DNA of 39,796 nucleotides. Origin: a virus. The DNA is taken from IMG/VR virus record IMGVR_UViG_3300037539_000019. The stretch is one strand, 5' to 3'. The notes under the pieces were generated by a model. That model ran no database searches. It was not told the origin of the DNA and worked only from the letters and a program-made list of their open reading frames with translations. Positions within the stretch are counted from its first letter, which is position 1; the number at the start of each line of letters is the position of its first letter. The position numbers and the translations under genes are program-made. Shown here in pieces: positions 39,412-39,796 of this stretch.

Positions 39412-39505
39412 CTAAACCCTTGTTTTTTCTCTTTCTTCTGCCCTTTCAAGCCGGGCAAGCGCCAAAATCATAGCACTGGCCCCACGGCTTGAACACTAAA
39501 ACTGT

Positions 39506-39700
39506 TTAATTTTTTTCCCCGCCCGTATCGTCCCGCAAGCTGCCGATGCCATCGAGCACCAGGCGCAATTGGGTCACCATGCCCGGATGGGTCGCCCCGC
39601 CGTGGCCTGCCTGAATAAGCAGCCATTCGACGAACTCATAGGTTCTTTCGATGGTATCGCCCTTGCTCTCACCGATCAAAGGGTTTCCGTTTTGTGACAT
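39506..39700 (-). CDS. Small acidic protein with its own promoter (function unknown)
   Basis: 64 aa. AAGGAG lies 8 nt upstream of the ATG. The start codon lies inside the terminal overlap (equivalent to position 31). Confidence 0.55.
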   Translation of the reverse strand: MSQNGNPLIGESKGDTIERTYEFVEWLLIQAGHGGATHPGMVTQLRLVLDGIGSLRDDTGGEKN

Positions 39701-39796
39701 TGGCTTTGCTCCTTGCTACTGCTTGACGCTCGGGCGGCGGATTGTACGCCTCGCGTCAAAAGCTGGACAGATAGACAGTGATGGCAAATTGACCCA
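39670..39796. repeat. Terminal overlap, copy B (identical to 1..127)
   Basis: See copy A. Confidence 0.95.
39741..39778 (-). promoter_or_regulatory. Promoter with a LexA-box-like element upstream of the 64-aa gene
   Basis: The minus strand has a -10 TACAAT (39746..39741) and a -35 TGTCCA 17 nt upstream. CTGTCTATCTGTCCAG (39778..39763) fits CTGT-N8-ACAG in 7 of 8 positions and overlaps the -35. Also present at 72-109. Confidence 0.35.

Noticed and set aside
1-39796. CRISPR arrays, rRNA or tRNA genes, IS elements or transposase genes, reverse transcriptase (retron or DGR).
   Set aside because: No repeat-spacer pattern was found, no ORF has transposase-like or RT-like size or motifs, and no inverted-repeat-bounded insertion was found apart from the features already listed.

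Overview
The first 127 bases are repeated exactly at the end (1..127 = 39670..39796), so the window is one closed 39,669-bp molecule. It is a GC-rich, densely coded, complete temperate tailed-phage genome, mostly on the minus strand. The late region is a mosaic. It runs from a lambda-type packaging and head module (Nu1/A-like terminase, gpW, portal, S49 protease-scaffold, decoration protein, gpE-like capsid, FII/Z-like connectors) into a P2/R-pyocin-type contractile tail (V-W-J-I-fibre-Tfa, sheath, tube, E/E+E' with a -1 frameshift, tape measure, U, X, D). A SAR-endolysin/holin/overlapped-spanin lysis cassette lies upstream of the terminase. The immunity region is lambdoid: an S24 CI-like repressor divergent from a Cro-like gene, plus a Q-like gene. 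The element also carries three features of plasmid or integrative maintenance: an IncFII-family RepA-like initiator with a structured leader and an origin-like region, a type Ib ParA plus small RHH (ParG-like) partition cassette, and a P4-type tyrosine integrase. It therefore looks like a phage-plasmid that also keeps an integrase. The most unusual signal is an AT-rich, 8-bp-periodic box array (TTAGCTAA/TTCGCTAA units). It brackets the parA promoter, fills the parA-parG spacer, and recurs at six other loci, all intergenic. Other unexplained features are about 0.95 kb of structured non-coding DNA next to repA, a 30-bp perfect palindrome between the integrase module and the lysis genes, and several moron-like genes. 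All family assignments rest on remembered sequence features and gene order; no searches were run.
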